64,000 nucleotides of DNA from Felis catus (lineage: Eukaryota). Position 1 is the stretch's first letter, and every line of letters begins with the position of its first letter. Positions 1-13,676 of the stretch are shown here, one piece after another. Under the pieces are notes generated by a model, which saw nothing but the letters and a program-made list of their open reading frames with translations, did not search any database and was not told where the DNA came from. Made by a program: the position numbers and the translations under genes. The stretch spans positions 10,106,001-10,170,000 of the forward strand of contig NC_058368.1 in the NCBI RefSeq assembly GCF_018350175.1, in the 5' to 3' direction.

Positions 1-340
1 TGTAATTTAACAAACTTAAGGCAAATAATGAAATCGAAAAAGTAAAGAACATCTTTAATATATAAAGAGCTCTTACAAACCAATAAAGAAAACATGAATC
101 CATATGCTAATAATGGGACACAAACAGCAAATTCTCAGTGGAAAAAAATTTAAATGGCCAATAAACATAAAGAAAAAATTTTAACTTTCCTCATAACAAA
201 ATAAATAAAAACAAAAACAATAAAAGTCTCTAATGATGGGGAGAATAGAGGAATAAAATAAAGAATATCCATTGTTGGCAGGGATTTGGGGAAATAGACA
301 CCTTCATGCCATGCTGTTGGGAACTTAAAGTGGTACACCT
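1..340 (+). mobile_element. Old L1 (L1M-type) 3' fragment
   Basis: A-rich, with L1 ORF2-end/3'UTR-like motifs (aaatggccaataaacat..., tgttggcagggatttggggaaa..., gctgttgggaac...aaagtggtaca). Confidence 0.6.
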
Positions 341-341
341 T

Positions 342-552
342 GGGTCACCCGGGTGGCTTAGTCGGCTGAGCATCCGACTTCGGCCCAGATCACGATCTCG
401 TGGTTCGTGAGTTCGAGCCCTACATCTGGATCGCTGCTGTCAGCCTGTCAGCTTGTCAGCACAGGGATCCTGCTTTAGATCCTCTGTTCCCCTCTCTCTG
501 CCCCTTCCCCGCTTGTGCTCTCCCCCAAATAAATAAATATTTAAAAAATAAC
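342..552 (+). mobile_element. Can-SINE
   Basis: tRNA-derived head (ggtggcttagtcgg...gagttcgagccc), short CT tract, AATAAA/A-rich tail; internal (YTGTCAGC)x3. Confidence 0.85.
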
Positions 553-720
553 TTAAAAATTTTAACAGTGAAAAATAAGAAACATCTTAAAATACTTACA
601 ATATAGAGTCGTACATATTATAATTAACCCATTAAAAGAAAGGTTACCAAATACCATGAATAGCTTGATGTAATTTTATCTTTAAAAATGCGTGTATTAA
701 TAAATACATGCACAGCACAG

Positions 721-721
<1 letters not shown>

Positions 722-759
<38 letters not shown>
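722..759. repeat. (AC)n microsatellite
   Basis: Uninterrupted AC dinucleotide run. Confidence 0.95.
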
Positions 760-763
<4 letters not shown>

Positions 764-764
764 C

Positions 765-970
765 AATGCTAGCCACTCTTCTCAGTACTTTACTTATAAT
801 TCACTTAATCCTCATTACAACCTTGGGGAGTGGGTGCCATAAAGAACCCCATTTCACGAATGACGACACTGAGGCAGAAAGAGGGAAGCGCTTACCCAAA
901 AAGTCACACAGCTGGCAAGGCAGAGCCGGGATTCAAAGCCAGGTCCCGAGGCTCCAGATCCCGGAGTCTT
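765..970 (-). mobile_element. MIR
   Basis: Reverse-complement MIR core: ttaatcctca...ccccatttcac...actgaggcag...gtcacacagct...gggattcaaagccagg. Confidence 0.75.
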
Positions 971-1136
971 AACGACTAACCCGGCTACACTAGGGGCAAA
1001 AGTGTGCTTTGTGTGCTCACTTTACGAGGTGAGGGAAAGACCTGGGGGGTGCACATTGACCAGCCCTCAGTGCTTACCTCTGGGTGGGAGGAAGCTGGGG
1101 ACAAGCTTCTGTTTATTAATTAAAAAAAGTAAACCC

Positions 1137-1372
1137 GGGGCTCCTGGGTGGCGCAGTCGGTTAAGCGTCCGACTTCAGCCAGCTCACGATCTCGCGGTCC
1201 GTGAGTTCGAGCCCCGGGTCGGGCTCTGGGCTGATGGCTCAGAGCCTGGAGCCTGTTTCCGATTCTGTGTCTCCCTCTCTCTCTGCCCCTCTGCCGTTCA
1301 TGCTCTGTCTCTCTCTGTCCCCAAAATAAATAAAAACGCTGAAAAAAAAATTAAAAATAAAATAAAATAAAA
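1137..1372 (+). mobile_element. Young Can-SINE (SINEC_Fc type)
   Basis: Full length, with a 16-bp [19 protein letters not shown] at 1121-1136 and 1373-1388. Confidence 0.95.
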
Positions 1373-2653
1373 TAAAAAAAGTAAACCCAATATATCCTGA
1401 TTTTTCTACCCTTAACATCTATCACTGGGTGGTAATGAATTGCAAGGTTTTCAAAGTTGCAAAATTGTCACAAGTGGTGAGCAAGTACTCATTCTTCCCC
1501 TTGTTCGGCTGCTTTGGTAATTTACCGACCAAAACAGGATTAAGGAGGACCAGCTCAGCTTTCCTAACCCTGGGCTCTGCTAAACCCTTCACTGTAAGGC
1601 CTCACAAAGGCAAAAATGTGTTTTTGTGTGTCTTTTTTTTTTTAATTTTCTTTCTTTCTGAACATTCTGTGCCTGTCATTTTTTTCTTCTGAAAGGATTA
1701 CTGAGCCGGGCCCAGCATTCCAAAGTCCTGACGTTCAGACCAGGATTTCGGCCCCTCTTCCTGCTGCTGTCAGCCCAGCATTGCCAAGATCCTGGTTATT
1801 TCTGCTCTGTGTTTTCTCACAATCCCAGAGGATCTTGGTGACAGGAAAAGTCTCTCTCTCTCTCTTTTTTTTCTGATTCAAATCATTTTGGCTCTTGAGA
1901 TCGTGACAAATATCAAGGGGCCTAGAGATAATACAGTGGTTCCCGGTATGAAATCTGTAAAAAAAAAAGACAGAACACGTCAGAGGTGGCTTTTTCTAAA
2001 TCTGTGTCAGCTTTACCAACTCGGAGGTAGGCCTGATGAGATTCTTCAAAAACACGGGTAATGTTGATGGTGACTCTGAGGGTGGATACAGTTCTCTGGG
2101 GCTGGGCCGATGCCCCGCCCTATGCCAAGTGCTTTGCCCACCACCCCTAACAGAAATGGGAGGGAGGTGAAAATATCCGCCCTTCTTGCAGGGTTTGGGG
2201 CCTTCGTCCCTTGTGTGCAGTCAGAGCTCAGGAGTGGGAGAACCAGGATCTTAACACTGGCCTGTCCAAGTTCAAAGTCGGTGCCTGACCATCAAGGTCA
2301 GGGTCTAAGACTAGAGGAAACTGTGGACTATGTGAGATTGTGGGTCCACTTCCCATTGCTTCACCCACCCTAGAAAGCACCAAGGCCACAGGGCTCAGCC
2401 AACGCGGAATGAATGGATGACTGGGAGAATGAACGCATGAACTGAGCCACCGCTATCTTGCCAGAGAATGTGAACAATGGCCATTAAGTCTAGTACCTTG
2501 TTCTAATTGTTATTATTTTTGAGAGGGCCTAGGGGGATTGAGGGTCTGGGTTTGGGGATGGCTTTTGTTCTCTTGTGATCCAGAGTCTCTTACATGGGGG
2601 CGGAGGGTACTCTAAGCTCTGGAGAGGTCTAGGTGCCAGACTGGACCACAGAG

Positions 2654-2972
2654 CAGGGACGGACACTTTTTCTCAGTAAAGGGCCGGACGGTAAATATTT
2701 TAGGTCTGAGGGCCAGACAGTCTCGGTTGCAACTGTCCAATTCTGCCACCGTAGCACACATGAAGTGATATGTCAACAAATGAGTGTGGCTGTGTTCAAT
2801 AAACCTTCATTTACAGACACTGAACTTTGAACCTCATGTAATTTGTACGTGTCATGAAGCATTTCTTTTCTTATGGTTTTTGCCAACTATTAAAAAAATA
2901 TTCTTACTCACAACTGTACAGAAACAGGTGGCAGGCAGGACTTGGCCTGTGGATGGGAGTTTGCCCGCCCTG
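2654..2972. mobile_element. hAT-Charlie non-autonomous DNA transposon (MER58B-like)
   Basis: CAGGG...CCCTG termini. Internal MER58-like motifs (gtaaagggcc...gtaaatattttagg, gtgtggctgtgttcaataaa, aaacaggtggcaggc). Right flank CTCTGGAG resembles the NTCTAGAN target. Confidence 0.75.
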
Positions 2973-4814
2973 CTCTGGAGTCAAGGCCAATGGGAGGAGT
3001 GACCCTTTCCATCCAGGATGTGAGCTCAGCCACCTGGGGTAGAACGGGGTTTATGAAAAGTGCTTCTCTGTTGGACCACCTGTATACCTTTGGGCGTATT
3101 GCTGGAGTTCTTTATGTGCCTCTGTTTCTCCTTCCATAAAGTATGAATATGGAATATGAGTATGAATAGTCCCTAGCTGGGAGGATTAAATGAGATAATC
3201 CTCTGAAGGCGCTTAGAGCAGAGAAGTCCTCGCTGACTGTCAGCCATCGTCACGATGGTTACTGTCATGGCTGATGCTGTTACAGACGCGGGAGGAGGCA
3301 AAATCCCAACAACGGTCTGGCACATCTGCTTCCTCCAGGGAGCAGTGATCTGGAGGGTATTATGGAGGGAGTTCCCTGGGTCCATCTCCTGGCCCTCCCC
3401 ATCTGCTCACCTTAGAGTAGAAGCCTTTAGAGTGGGGTGGGCTATCTCAGGCCTTCTAATGCAACCTCCCGTCCAAGGTGGGAATCGTCTCCACCACCAT
3501 TACAGAGTCAGCCCCCTCAAATGAGATTAAAATTGCATGGAACCCCCTTTCAAAGTTCTGGAGATGCCCTTGGTTGCCTCCTGTGACTAGCCAACCCTTC
3601 TGTTCCTGGGCTGCAAGACTCTCCCTCCCGACACTGCCTCCCATATCCGGCTGCCCTCATGTCCCCCTTCTTCCTTCTCTGTGTCTTCTTCCTTCTCCAA
3701 CAGTTACTGAACACTTGTAGCCGGCTTGATCTGAGGCCCTTGGAGACAAGGAACAGGTTTTCAGCATCTTCACACCCCAGGCACCCGGGCCACACAAGCA
3801 CCCGACCAGACATAGAATGGCATTGCTCCTTTGTTCTCCTATGTGGTTCTCCAGTCATTTGCACTAAACTCTCCATGTGCTAGAGGCTTCCAGCGGCTAC
3901 AACATCCTAACCCACATTCTCCTCCGTGCCCTGCCAGCAAAGAGGTTTAACCAAAGTGCCAAAGAATGTAGCAGGGCTGGCCTGGGTAGGCTTCCACATG
4001 AACTCTGCTACCAAGAGGGAGTGTTTATTTGGGCGGACAGGAAGCGGTGAACTCAGAGAATAACACGGCCAGGGCCCAATGAGGTAAGCACAGAGGGAAA
4101 GAAGTAAAATTTTCCATTCTCGTTTAGCCATGACTAAAGTTGTCAGGAATCGGTACAATAACGACGAATTTGAACTGATTTGCATGGGTAAATCTCTCTG
4201 CAAATCTGGGCTTTTATTTTCCCATATGTTCCTACTTTAGCTTTCGTAAGACTTCAACAGATATCATCGCAAAAAAAAACTGATCTGAAGCATGTTCGGC
4301 GTATTTTTGTTCACTTATTTAACAAACACTCAATAGTACGTATTATGTGTCAGGTACCATTCTAAGAACTTTATATATAACCACAACGCGATGCTGCCTT
4401 TCATTCATTTATTCATTCTCCAATAAAAATAAATTGGATATATTCTGCGGGACCACATTGCACTAGGAATAAAAAGACACAAGACACAGTGTGGTTTTTT
4501 TTCCCCCCTCTTGGTTTTAGTGGGAGAGACAAACAAGTAAATCAGTAGCACAGGGCCCATAATAAGGGCGTGCACCTCATATATCATTTGTCCTGGGGTC
4601 TGGGAGCAAGGGCGTGTCACTTAGCTCCGAGCGGGTGATGTCCAAACTGTGTCTTCAAGAGCGACGGAGGGCCTGCAAGCGAGGAGGGGGCTGTGAAGTG
4701 GAAACAGCCTGTGCACAGCCTTGAGGGAAGTCAGTCTGCATCTTTAGGGAGCCATGGGCCATATTCCATAAGCTTGGAGCAAAGTATCTGAGGACAAGGG
4801 GTATCTGAGGGGTC

Positions 4815-5140
4815 TCGCTCTGCTCAGGCCGCCATAACAAAACACCACAGACTGGAGGCTTGAATAGAAATGTATTTTCTCACAGCCCCGGAGGCTGGAA
4901 GCCCGAGAGCAAGGGGTCAGCAGTTTAAGCTTCTCCTGAGGCTTATGGATGGCTGTCTTCTAGCCACGTCCCCACATGGTCGTCCTTTTGTGCAAGCACG
5001 TCTGGTGTCTCCCCTTCTACTTATAGGGACACCAGTCGTATTGGATTAGGGCCCACGCCGATGGCCCCCATTTTAACGTACTCACCTCTTTAAAGGCCCT
5101 GTCTCCAAACACGGTCACCTTCTGTGGTGCTTGGGGGGCA
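4815..5140 (-). mobile_element. MaLR solo LTR (MLT1-like)
   Basis: gccataacaaaacaccacagactgg...ttctcacagc...ggaggctggaag...attggattagggcccac...aaaggccctgtctccaaa. Confidence 0.75.
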
Positions 5141-6392
5141 GGGGAGGCAGAATTCATCCACCGGCCGTGAGGAGGAGGGACTGCGGGGGCCGAGGCTGGG
5201 ACGGCGGCTGCTGAAATGGTCCGGGGGTAAAGCGAGGGAGGGCAAAGTGGACAGCGGCCGTGAGGATGGGAAGAGAACGACAGGTTCCTGAGGAAGGTTC
5301 CCCTGTACCTGGATGTGGCAGCTGGCTGGGGCGGAGGGCAGTGGAGGAGGGCCCGGGGGGAGGCAGGATGCGAGAGGATGAGTCTAGGACGACGTCACGA
5401 CTCTGCGATGCCTCCCTGGAATGAGGAACGTGGGAAGGGGGGCACATCTGGGGGCCAGAGCAAGACGGTGAGTTAAAGGTGCCAGTGGAAAATCACAGGG
5501 AGAGGTCAGCAGGCTGTCGGGCACGTTGGTGTAAGAATCTGAAAAGAGGCCTGGCCTGGAGCTAGAGATCTGAGGTCATGGGAGCCAAGGATTTAAACAA
5601 AGCCACCCAGGGAAAGGGAAAGTAGTTAAGGACATAGCTCTGGGACTCGGGGTGGGGGTGGGGGGGCGGCAGGGGAGACCAGGAGAAGATAGGGAGCTGG
5701 CACTGATTTAATAAGGGCCCACGGACCAGGGGCCATTCTACTCTTGCAGAAGTCCCCTGATGTAGGCATAAAGCAGAAACTGAAATAGCGCTTACTATGT
5801 GCCAGGCACTGCTCGGAGTACTCTGCAATAGTTCATTAAATCCTCGCAAAGCCCTGCTGTTTACACACAGGAGGACTGGAGCACGGAGAAGTGATGTGCT
5901 CAAGATCCCAAAGCAGACTGGCCCTTGGTCCCGGGTGATAAGGGACTCAAGTCCGAGCGCCCAACCGAGGAGCTATTCTGCCTCACTCGGTCCCGAACTG
6001 ATTTTAGAGATGAGAACGCAAAGGGTCGGAGAGGTTCAGAAATTTGCTCAAGATGACATCGCTAGAAAGCGTCCGAGTCGGGTTTTAAACTAAAGCTTTT
6101 GCACTTTCTGCTACACCGTGCACCTTGCTCACAAACTAAGGGAATAGGGAATTGCAGGGACAAGTGTTATCTAGTGAGAATGGAACAGAAGGTGTCTTAC
6201 ATTTGGCCACGTGGAGGCAGTGGGGACTTAGTAAGGTCAGGGTCATGATGGGGCAGAAGTCGGGTTTGTAAAGTCTTGAAGAGTGAATGACAGGCAAGGC
6301 ATTTAGATGATTCTTTCAGGGACGATAGAGATAAGAAGGGAGATGGGAAGGCAGCTAAAAAGAAAAACGGGATGTAAAAATGTTAAAAATTT

Positions 6393-6634
6393 GTTTTTTG
6401 TTGTTTTTTTTTTGTTTTTTAATTTTTTTTCAACGTTTTATTTATTTTTGGGACAGAGAGAGACAGAGCATGAACGGGGGAGGGGCAGAGGGAGAGGGAG
6501 ACACAGAATCGGAAACAGGCTCCAGGCTCTGAGCCATCAGCCCAGAGCCTGACGCGACGCTCGAACTCACGGACCGGGAGATCGTGACCTGGCTGAAGTC
6601 GGACGCTTAACCGACTGCGCCACCCAGGCGCCCC
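6393..6634 (-). mobile_element. Young Can-SINE (SINEC_Fc type)
   Basis: Poly-T, (GA)n, then reverse-complement head ending ...cacccaggcgcccc. Confidence 0.95.
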
Positions 6635-7869
6635 TGTCTTTTTTTTTTTTTAATCAAGAGGGAGAAACCTGCAGATGTTTGTATGCTGACAGGAAATTCA
6701 AGAACAGGGGCAGGGGTGGTGGGGCTTTGGTTTTCAGTCTGCTGTGAGTTTGGTTAATTTGAATCAAGGTCTCTAACTTTGAACTTCCACTGAGGAACTG
6801 AGCCTATAAGCTGGTGACGTTGCCAAAGAGCAGTCACCCCAGTGGGGGCACACGGGGATGGCCCCCATCTTTATTTTGCCTGGTTCTAACTGTGGACATA
6901 GCCACAGACTCATCAATGGGTAATTGTTCTGCTATAAACAGTGTCCCAAGCTGAAGAGTAACATCACAGCTAAACTGTTAGTTTCACTGGTAAAATCTAA
7001 GACGCACGACTGTCAATAGCCAGGGGGTACCATACACCCACTACCAAAAAATTTAAAGCCATGAGAATTCCCTGCTCCCGAAAAGACAAATCGGTGTTCT
7101 TTTAGTAAACAATGGCGTGTGTTTCAACAACCTTTCGCATCGTGGTATCATTTATCTCAATAATTCCGTGTCTGCGGGTTTGGATACAGAAAGAAGCCGA
7201 AGTACAAAGATGTCCATTGCAGCATTGTTTACAATAAGGAAAAACCGGCAACAATTTGAGTCGTCCTGAGTAAAGGCATGTCTACACCAGCAGTGGAGAG
7301 TCCTCTTGATGGAAAATAATGCAGTGGCTTCAGATACTACTTACAGAGACAATTTTTGATACTTGTCATACATACGATGTTGAGTCAGAAAAGCAGAATA
7401 ACAATTCTACAGTATGAACACAACGGTGTGAACAGGCGAACAGTATAAAACAGACCGGAAATATCTTCTCTTGAGGTGATTATGTTTGCTTGGTTGGTTT
7501 TTTGGCAATGAAAAAGACACTAACCAGGAGAAGATCTCTCTAGCTTTCCACTGATTAACAATGGCTGGCATTACAACAAACGCAATTGTTTTTGTTTTTT
7601 TTTTTTCAGTTCACTTTTTCATACCGTTCTCTGGCATTTTGGTAGTGCATAAATTATCCATAAAAAATGCAGGTGTGTTACTGAAAACGCATCCAATGAA
7701 ACCTCTAGATAACACAGTAGGAAAGAATCTTTTTAGCATATTTTTATTGTGCTTCACACCATTTTTCTGCACAAAACAATATACACCCATTTGGAAAATG
7801 TAGAAGAATTGTAAATCAGAGAACTATGGAGAAGCAAAGAAAAATTTCCTTTAATCCTATTCAGACAAC

Positions 7870-8221
7870 AAACGTTGATATTTTACTGCAAAGGAAACAG
7901 ATTTTGGTGGGAGGGATTGCTATACCCATTTTGAATGAAAGTTCATTGGAGGAGCGTAAGAGTTTGGGGTTGTGGTGGCTTCTCATTGGTTGAGTTGTGG
8001 CAGTTTCTCATTGGCTGAGTTTGGAAGCTTCCCATTGGCTGGGTTTGTTGCTGGGCAAGGAGAAAATCTTCCTTCCTCCTGCCAGGGTATGGAAAGTAAG
8101 CATGTTCCTGATAGGGAAGGTAAAATAATGAGTGGGATGAGGGGTGCCTGTATGACAGCACCCCCACCCTTCCAGTCTTTCTGACCCCGTTTTGAATGCG
8201 GTTTTCCTTTACTCCTTTTCA
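7870..8221 (-). mobile_element. ERV solo-LTR-like element
   Basis: Minus strand starts TGAAAAGGAGTAAAGGAAAAC, resembling an LTR U3 start, and contains repeated CCAAT boxes. 3' boundary approximate; family not assigned. Confidence 0.55.
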
Positions 8222-9765
8222 TGGTCTATTCACCTCTTAATCTTCGGCAAACTAGCGGTCCTAGAATACAGCAGTGCTCAATAAACATGGTGGAGGCAAA
8301 CTACAGGCTTACGCTCAAATTCCCACCCGACCGCTGATCAGCTAGATGCTCCCATCCATTTCTTTGGTTTTTACCACTGTCTTTGGGCTAGCCACTTTCA
8401 AATTTCAATGATTAATCCTGTCTTTTCTCCAAAACTCCAGACCCACCTAATTAGCCGCCTCCTGCGCGTTTCCACTTGGCTGTTCCTTAAGTGGCTCAAA
8501 ATCTACGCCATCTGTGTAGGTACCCCAGTGAGAGTCTAAATGTCTCTCTCTACTCCTTTGTCTTTCTCTTCCCGCTTCCATTTATTTGCTCATAAAATCC
8601 TGCTGAATCCTGGTTCAAAAATGCCCCAAATTCATCCTGTCATCTCCATTCCCACAGCTGCTGTGTGAACTAGCAGAAGACTCTCATTATATCTTACCTG
8701 GATTGTTACATCGGTCTCCTTTCTAGTCTCTTTGCCTTCGATCTCCCAGTTTTAAAACATCTTCTACGTGACCATAACCAAAGGTGTCTATCCAAGCTCA
8801 GACATAATTATGTCACTTCCTTCCTTCAAAACATTCAAAGGCATCCCATTGCCTCAAGAACCTAAATTCTCAGACGATTCAGAGAGCTTATCATAATTTG
8901 GCTCCAACTTCTCTTTCTGGCCTCATCTCTTATAAAACTCACCCCTCTCACCCTAAACAGGCCTTGTCTGTTTTAGCCATACAGAATTCCTATTCTTCCC
9001 CCAGTAGACCATACTTTCTCTCTTTGCATGAGTTATTCCAGCATCTTCTCTCCCAACTTCTCATCCATGGTGCTTCTGCACCTGGGAGCTCCTATCTTGT
9101 ATTCAAAGTCCAGCCCACTCATCACCTCTTCTGAGAACTCTTCCTGGGGCCTCCCAGGTAGAACCAACCACCCCTTTGACCCTGATCTCAGAGTACTGAG
9201 TCAATACATCTATTATAGCACTCATCGTGATCTCTTTTGGGGCAAGAATGAATGCCCCAGTAGGGTGCGATGGGTATATACCTGGTGCCACATCCCTCCC
9301 TGTGAACACAACCCCAGCCTCTCGCTATTGCCTACAACCAGCCCACTCCACACCTATTCTCTGTGCAGTGTTCCTCAGGCTTCACTTTGTGAAAGAATCC
9401 CCCTGGCTGCTTGTTTCACAGGCGGATTCCCCCTTCCTCCCCACAAAAGCTTGATTCAGTAGTGGCCAATGTATCGGGTGAATTAGATTTGTTCAGAGAG
9501 ACGCAGCAATGGGAATTGATCCTGGGGCAAAACGACCCATGTCTAGAGAAAGGAGTGAATGGCGTTCATTTATATTCTGGGATTGCAATGAGATGTGAGC
9601 GAAAGGCCCTTCGTTCGACTTGATTAAACCTACGCAGGGGTCCATGCTGGGTTGCACACAAAGACAAACTAAAAATATTCTCTAAGTTCTAGTCAGCTTT
9701 TAAAAAGATCCAGTTTAGTGTTCTAAATTACCTACTTCAGGAAGCCTCCCCAGCTCCTCAAAACG

Positions 9766-9843
9766 CAGCTGAATTGCCCCCCCATAACTCCAGGTTTACC
9801 CCCAGCTGAATTGCCCCCCCCCCCATAACTCCAGGTTTACCCT
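9766..9843. repeat. 37/41-bp tandem duplication
   Basis: CAGCTGAATTG-Cn-ATAACTCCAGGTTTACCC twice, with C7 and C11. Confidence 0.95.
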
Positions 9844-10132
9844 CAGTCGCGCGTTTTATTCAGTGCAACGCAGCTGTTGAAATGCTTGCCTACCCTCTGT
9901 AACCACACGGACAGCTAAGCAAGGGCAGGGCTGGTGCTTACACATCCTCTTCTGCTCAGAATTGACCTATTGTCGGGCTCCTAGTGGGTATTTCGGAAAC
10001 AGGTGTTTAATTAAAGTGAATGAGAGAGTCCTTTCATACTTCAGGTCAAGTACATTCATTATGTCTACAGAATGAGCACATAGCTGGCACTCCACTATCT
10101 ATAGACTGACTCAACATATAAATAGATTCCGG

Positions 10133-10347
10133 GGGGCGCCTGGGTGGCGCAGTCGGTTAAGCGTCCGACTTCAGCCAGGTCACGATCTCGCGGTCCGTGA
10201 GTTCGAGCCCCGCGTCAGGCTCTGGGCTGATGGCTCGGAGCCTGGAGCCTGTTTCCGATTCTGTGTCTCCCTCTCTCTCTGCCCCTCCCCCGTTCATGCT
10301 CTGTCTCTCTCTGTCCCAAAAATAAATAAACGTTGAAAAAAAAAATT
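10133..10347 (+). mobile_element. Very young Can-SINE (SINEC_Fc type)
   Basis: CpGs intact; TSD TAAATAGATTCCGG at 10119-10132 and 10348-10361. Confidence 0.97.
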
Positions 10348-10429
10348 TAAATAGATTCCGGGACTCAGAGAGCTTAGCCTACTACGGACGGACGCTGGGG
10401 AGGAGGCAGGACTGCTAGGTCCTGTCCAT

Positions 10430-11629
<1,200 letters not shown>

Positions 11630-13463
11630 TAACGTCACCTGGAGGTGCACATTCCCCCCCCCCCCCGCCTTTTCCGCCCCTAGTGATGACATTTTTTCAG
11701 CTGCCACTTGAAGCCGCCCACGAGGGCATCAGGGCAGGCGCGTGGCGTAGGGCTGGGTGGAGAGCGCATAACTGGAGGGTGATTTTTCCCTTTCTGGCTC
11801 CTTCACTGGGTCATATGAGCTCAAATCGAGGCACGCCCTTCAGGGGTGTTTGCGGGGGACAGACTCAGGCCCTGGCTTTGCATTTGTGGGGAGGGGAGAG
11901 GATGCTCGATTCTGTGTATTTACTGGCTTTAGCCGGTGAGGAGACCCAGTGCAAAAGGTGCAGAAGTTCAGAGTTTCCCATCTTTGGCCTGCCTCGGTTT
12001 TCAAAAAATACAGAAGCGCGGCTGAGAAAGGAACAAAGCCCTGTGAAGTCCAAACGAGGGCCCAGTGGGCTGTGGTGTGGGCAGGTAGGTTCTGGGAAAA
12101 TCGGTGCAATGCCTAGAGCTTCCAGGATCCCGGGGCAGAGCTGGGCCCAAACCTAACTTGCTGGAGGGGGCCTGGGATGCCTCACTGTGGTGGCCAAAGT
12201 GTCTGAAGCGCTTCTTAGCAAACTTGCAGACGGAAGGCTGTAGTCTGTCCGAAGCAGGCTTTGATCATCATGGGGTAAAGGAGGAGGGAGCGTCATGCTT
12301 GATTCTACATGGCTTCATGCCTTCCAGAGGTCACCCTGTGCTTGTGTGTGTGTGTGGGGGGTGTCTTATATTTGCGGTGTGGAACGGAGTATCGGGAAGC
12401 AGGCAGTGCAGTCTAGAGTCTGAATCAGAGATGAGTAAGCTGGCCACCTATTAAGATTCAAAGCCTTTGCTATTGGGAAAGACAGGAGCACCGTGGTACC
12501 TTGTATGTGGGATCGAGCCAAGAAGGGCAAGCAAACAAAATGAGATGTTTAAAATACTGGCTTCAAAGCTGCTGGGAAAAATGTTGCTTTTCCACACAAA
12601 GAGAGAGGGGACTTTGAATGCCTGAAAAGCCATTCTGCAGCAAGAATTTCACCCTTTCTTTTTGCACCAAAAAAAAAAAAAAAAAAAAAATTCTCTCTTT
12701 CTGATGAATGGAGACTTCCCACCCATATGCAGGGGACTATGGGATGAACTGAGTTAGAAATTATATTTACAAAGATTATTTTAAAAAGGTAACCATTGTA
12801 TCTGAGAATAGAGTATGAAACATTAAAATGTCCAGAATTAATTGAAGCTAGAGGTTAGCATTTTGACATAGCCAGCTTCCTCAGTCTTAGCAAACAGTGC
12901 CGCAAAATTTAAAACGATGTCAAAGTGTGCACTCTTGCTTTGAGCACCTCCCACACAAAAGACTCTTAAAGGGCAGTGCTCCCCTGGAGTATAGAGTCCA
13001 AAGTAAACAATGGCCAGGTGACACAGACCAGAGCGCCGTCAGGATGCAACTACAGGGTTCTCATTGTCAAAGCAGTTGAGTGAGGGCCTTTGAACCCTGG
13101 GAAATAGTAAGGAGTATCTGAGAATAATCTGGGTGAGAGAATGAACAATCTGTCTTCCTCTCAGGGGACATACTATGGCAGGGGAGATAGGCTTTTATAG
13201 GCGGGTGTGCGGTCCTGAAGGATGAACCTGATCTGGATGGAGATAGCCTTCTAGAAAGGGAGGGAAGGCTGAGTTGTGGGCAGCAGTGAGAAGTTTTGTC
13301 TTCATGGACTACAAAGTGGGCAGATAGTCCGAATGGAGACATCCGAAGTTGTCTCCTCAGATCTGCCAAATTTACCCGGTTGTCTTTGGTTCTGGGGATA
13401 GCATAGAGCTTCCTCTCTCAGAATATTTATCACTCCAAAGCAGTGATTCATTTCCTCCATCCA

Positions 13464-13676
13464 TCTCTCCCTTCTCTTCCTTCCTCCCTCCCTTCCTTCC
13501 TTCCTTCCTTCCTCCCTTCCTTCCTCCCTTCCTTCCTCCCTCCCTTCCTTCCTTCCCTCCTTCCTTCCTTCCTTCCTCCCTCCCTCCCTCCCTCCCTCCC
13601 TTCCTTCCCTCCTTCCTTCCTTCCTTCCTTCCTTCCTCCCTCCCTCCCTTCCTCCCTTCCTTCCTTCCTTCCTTCC
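13464..13676. repeat. (CCTT/CCCT)n polypyrimidine tract
   Basis: 213 consecutive C/T bases in MEDAG intron 1. Confidence 0.97.

Noticed and set aside
1002..1370. Recurring peptides such as VREFEPRVGLWADGSEPGACFRFCVSLS and GQRETEHERGRGRERGRHRIGNRLQA in many ORFs
   Set aside because: Translations of Can-SINE copies on either strand, not a gene family.
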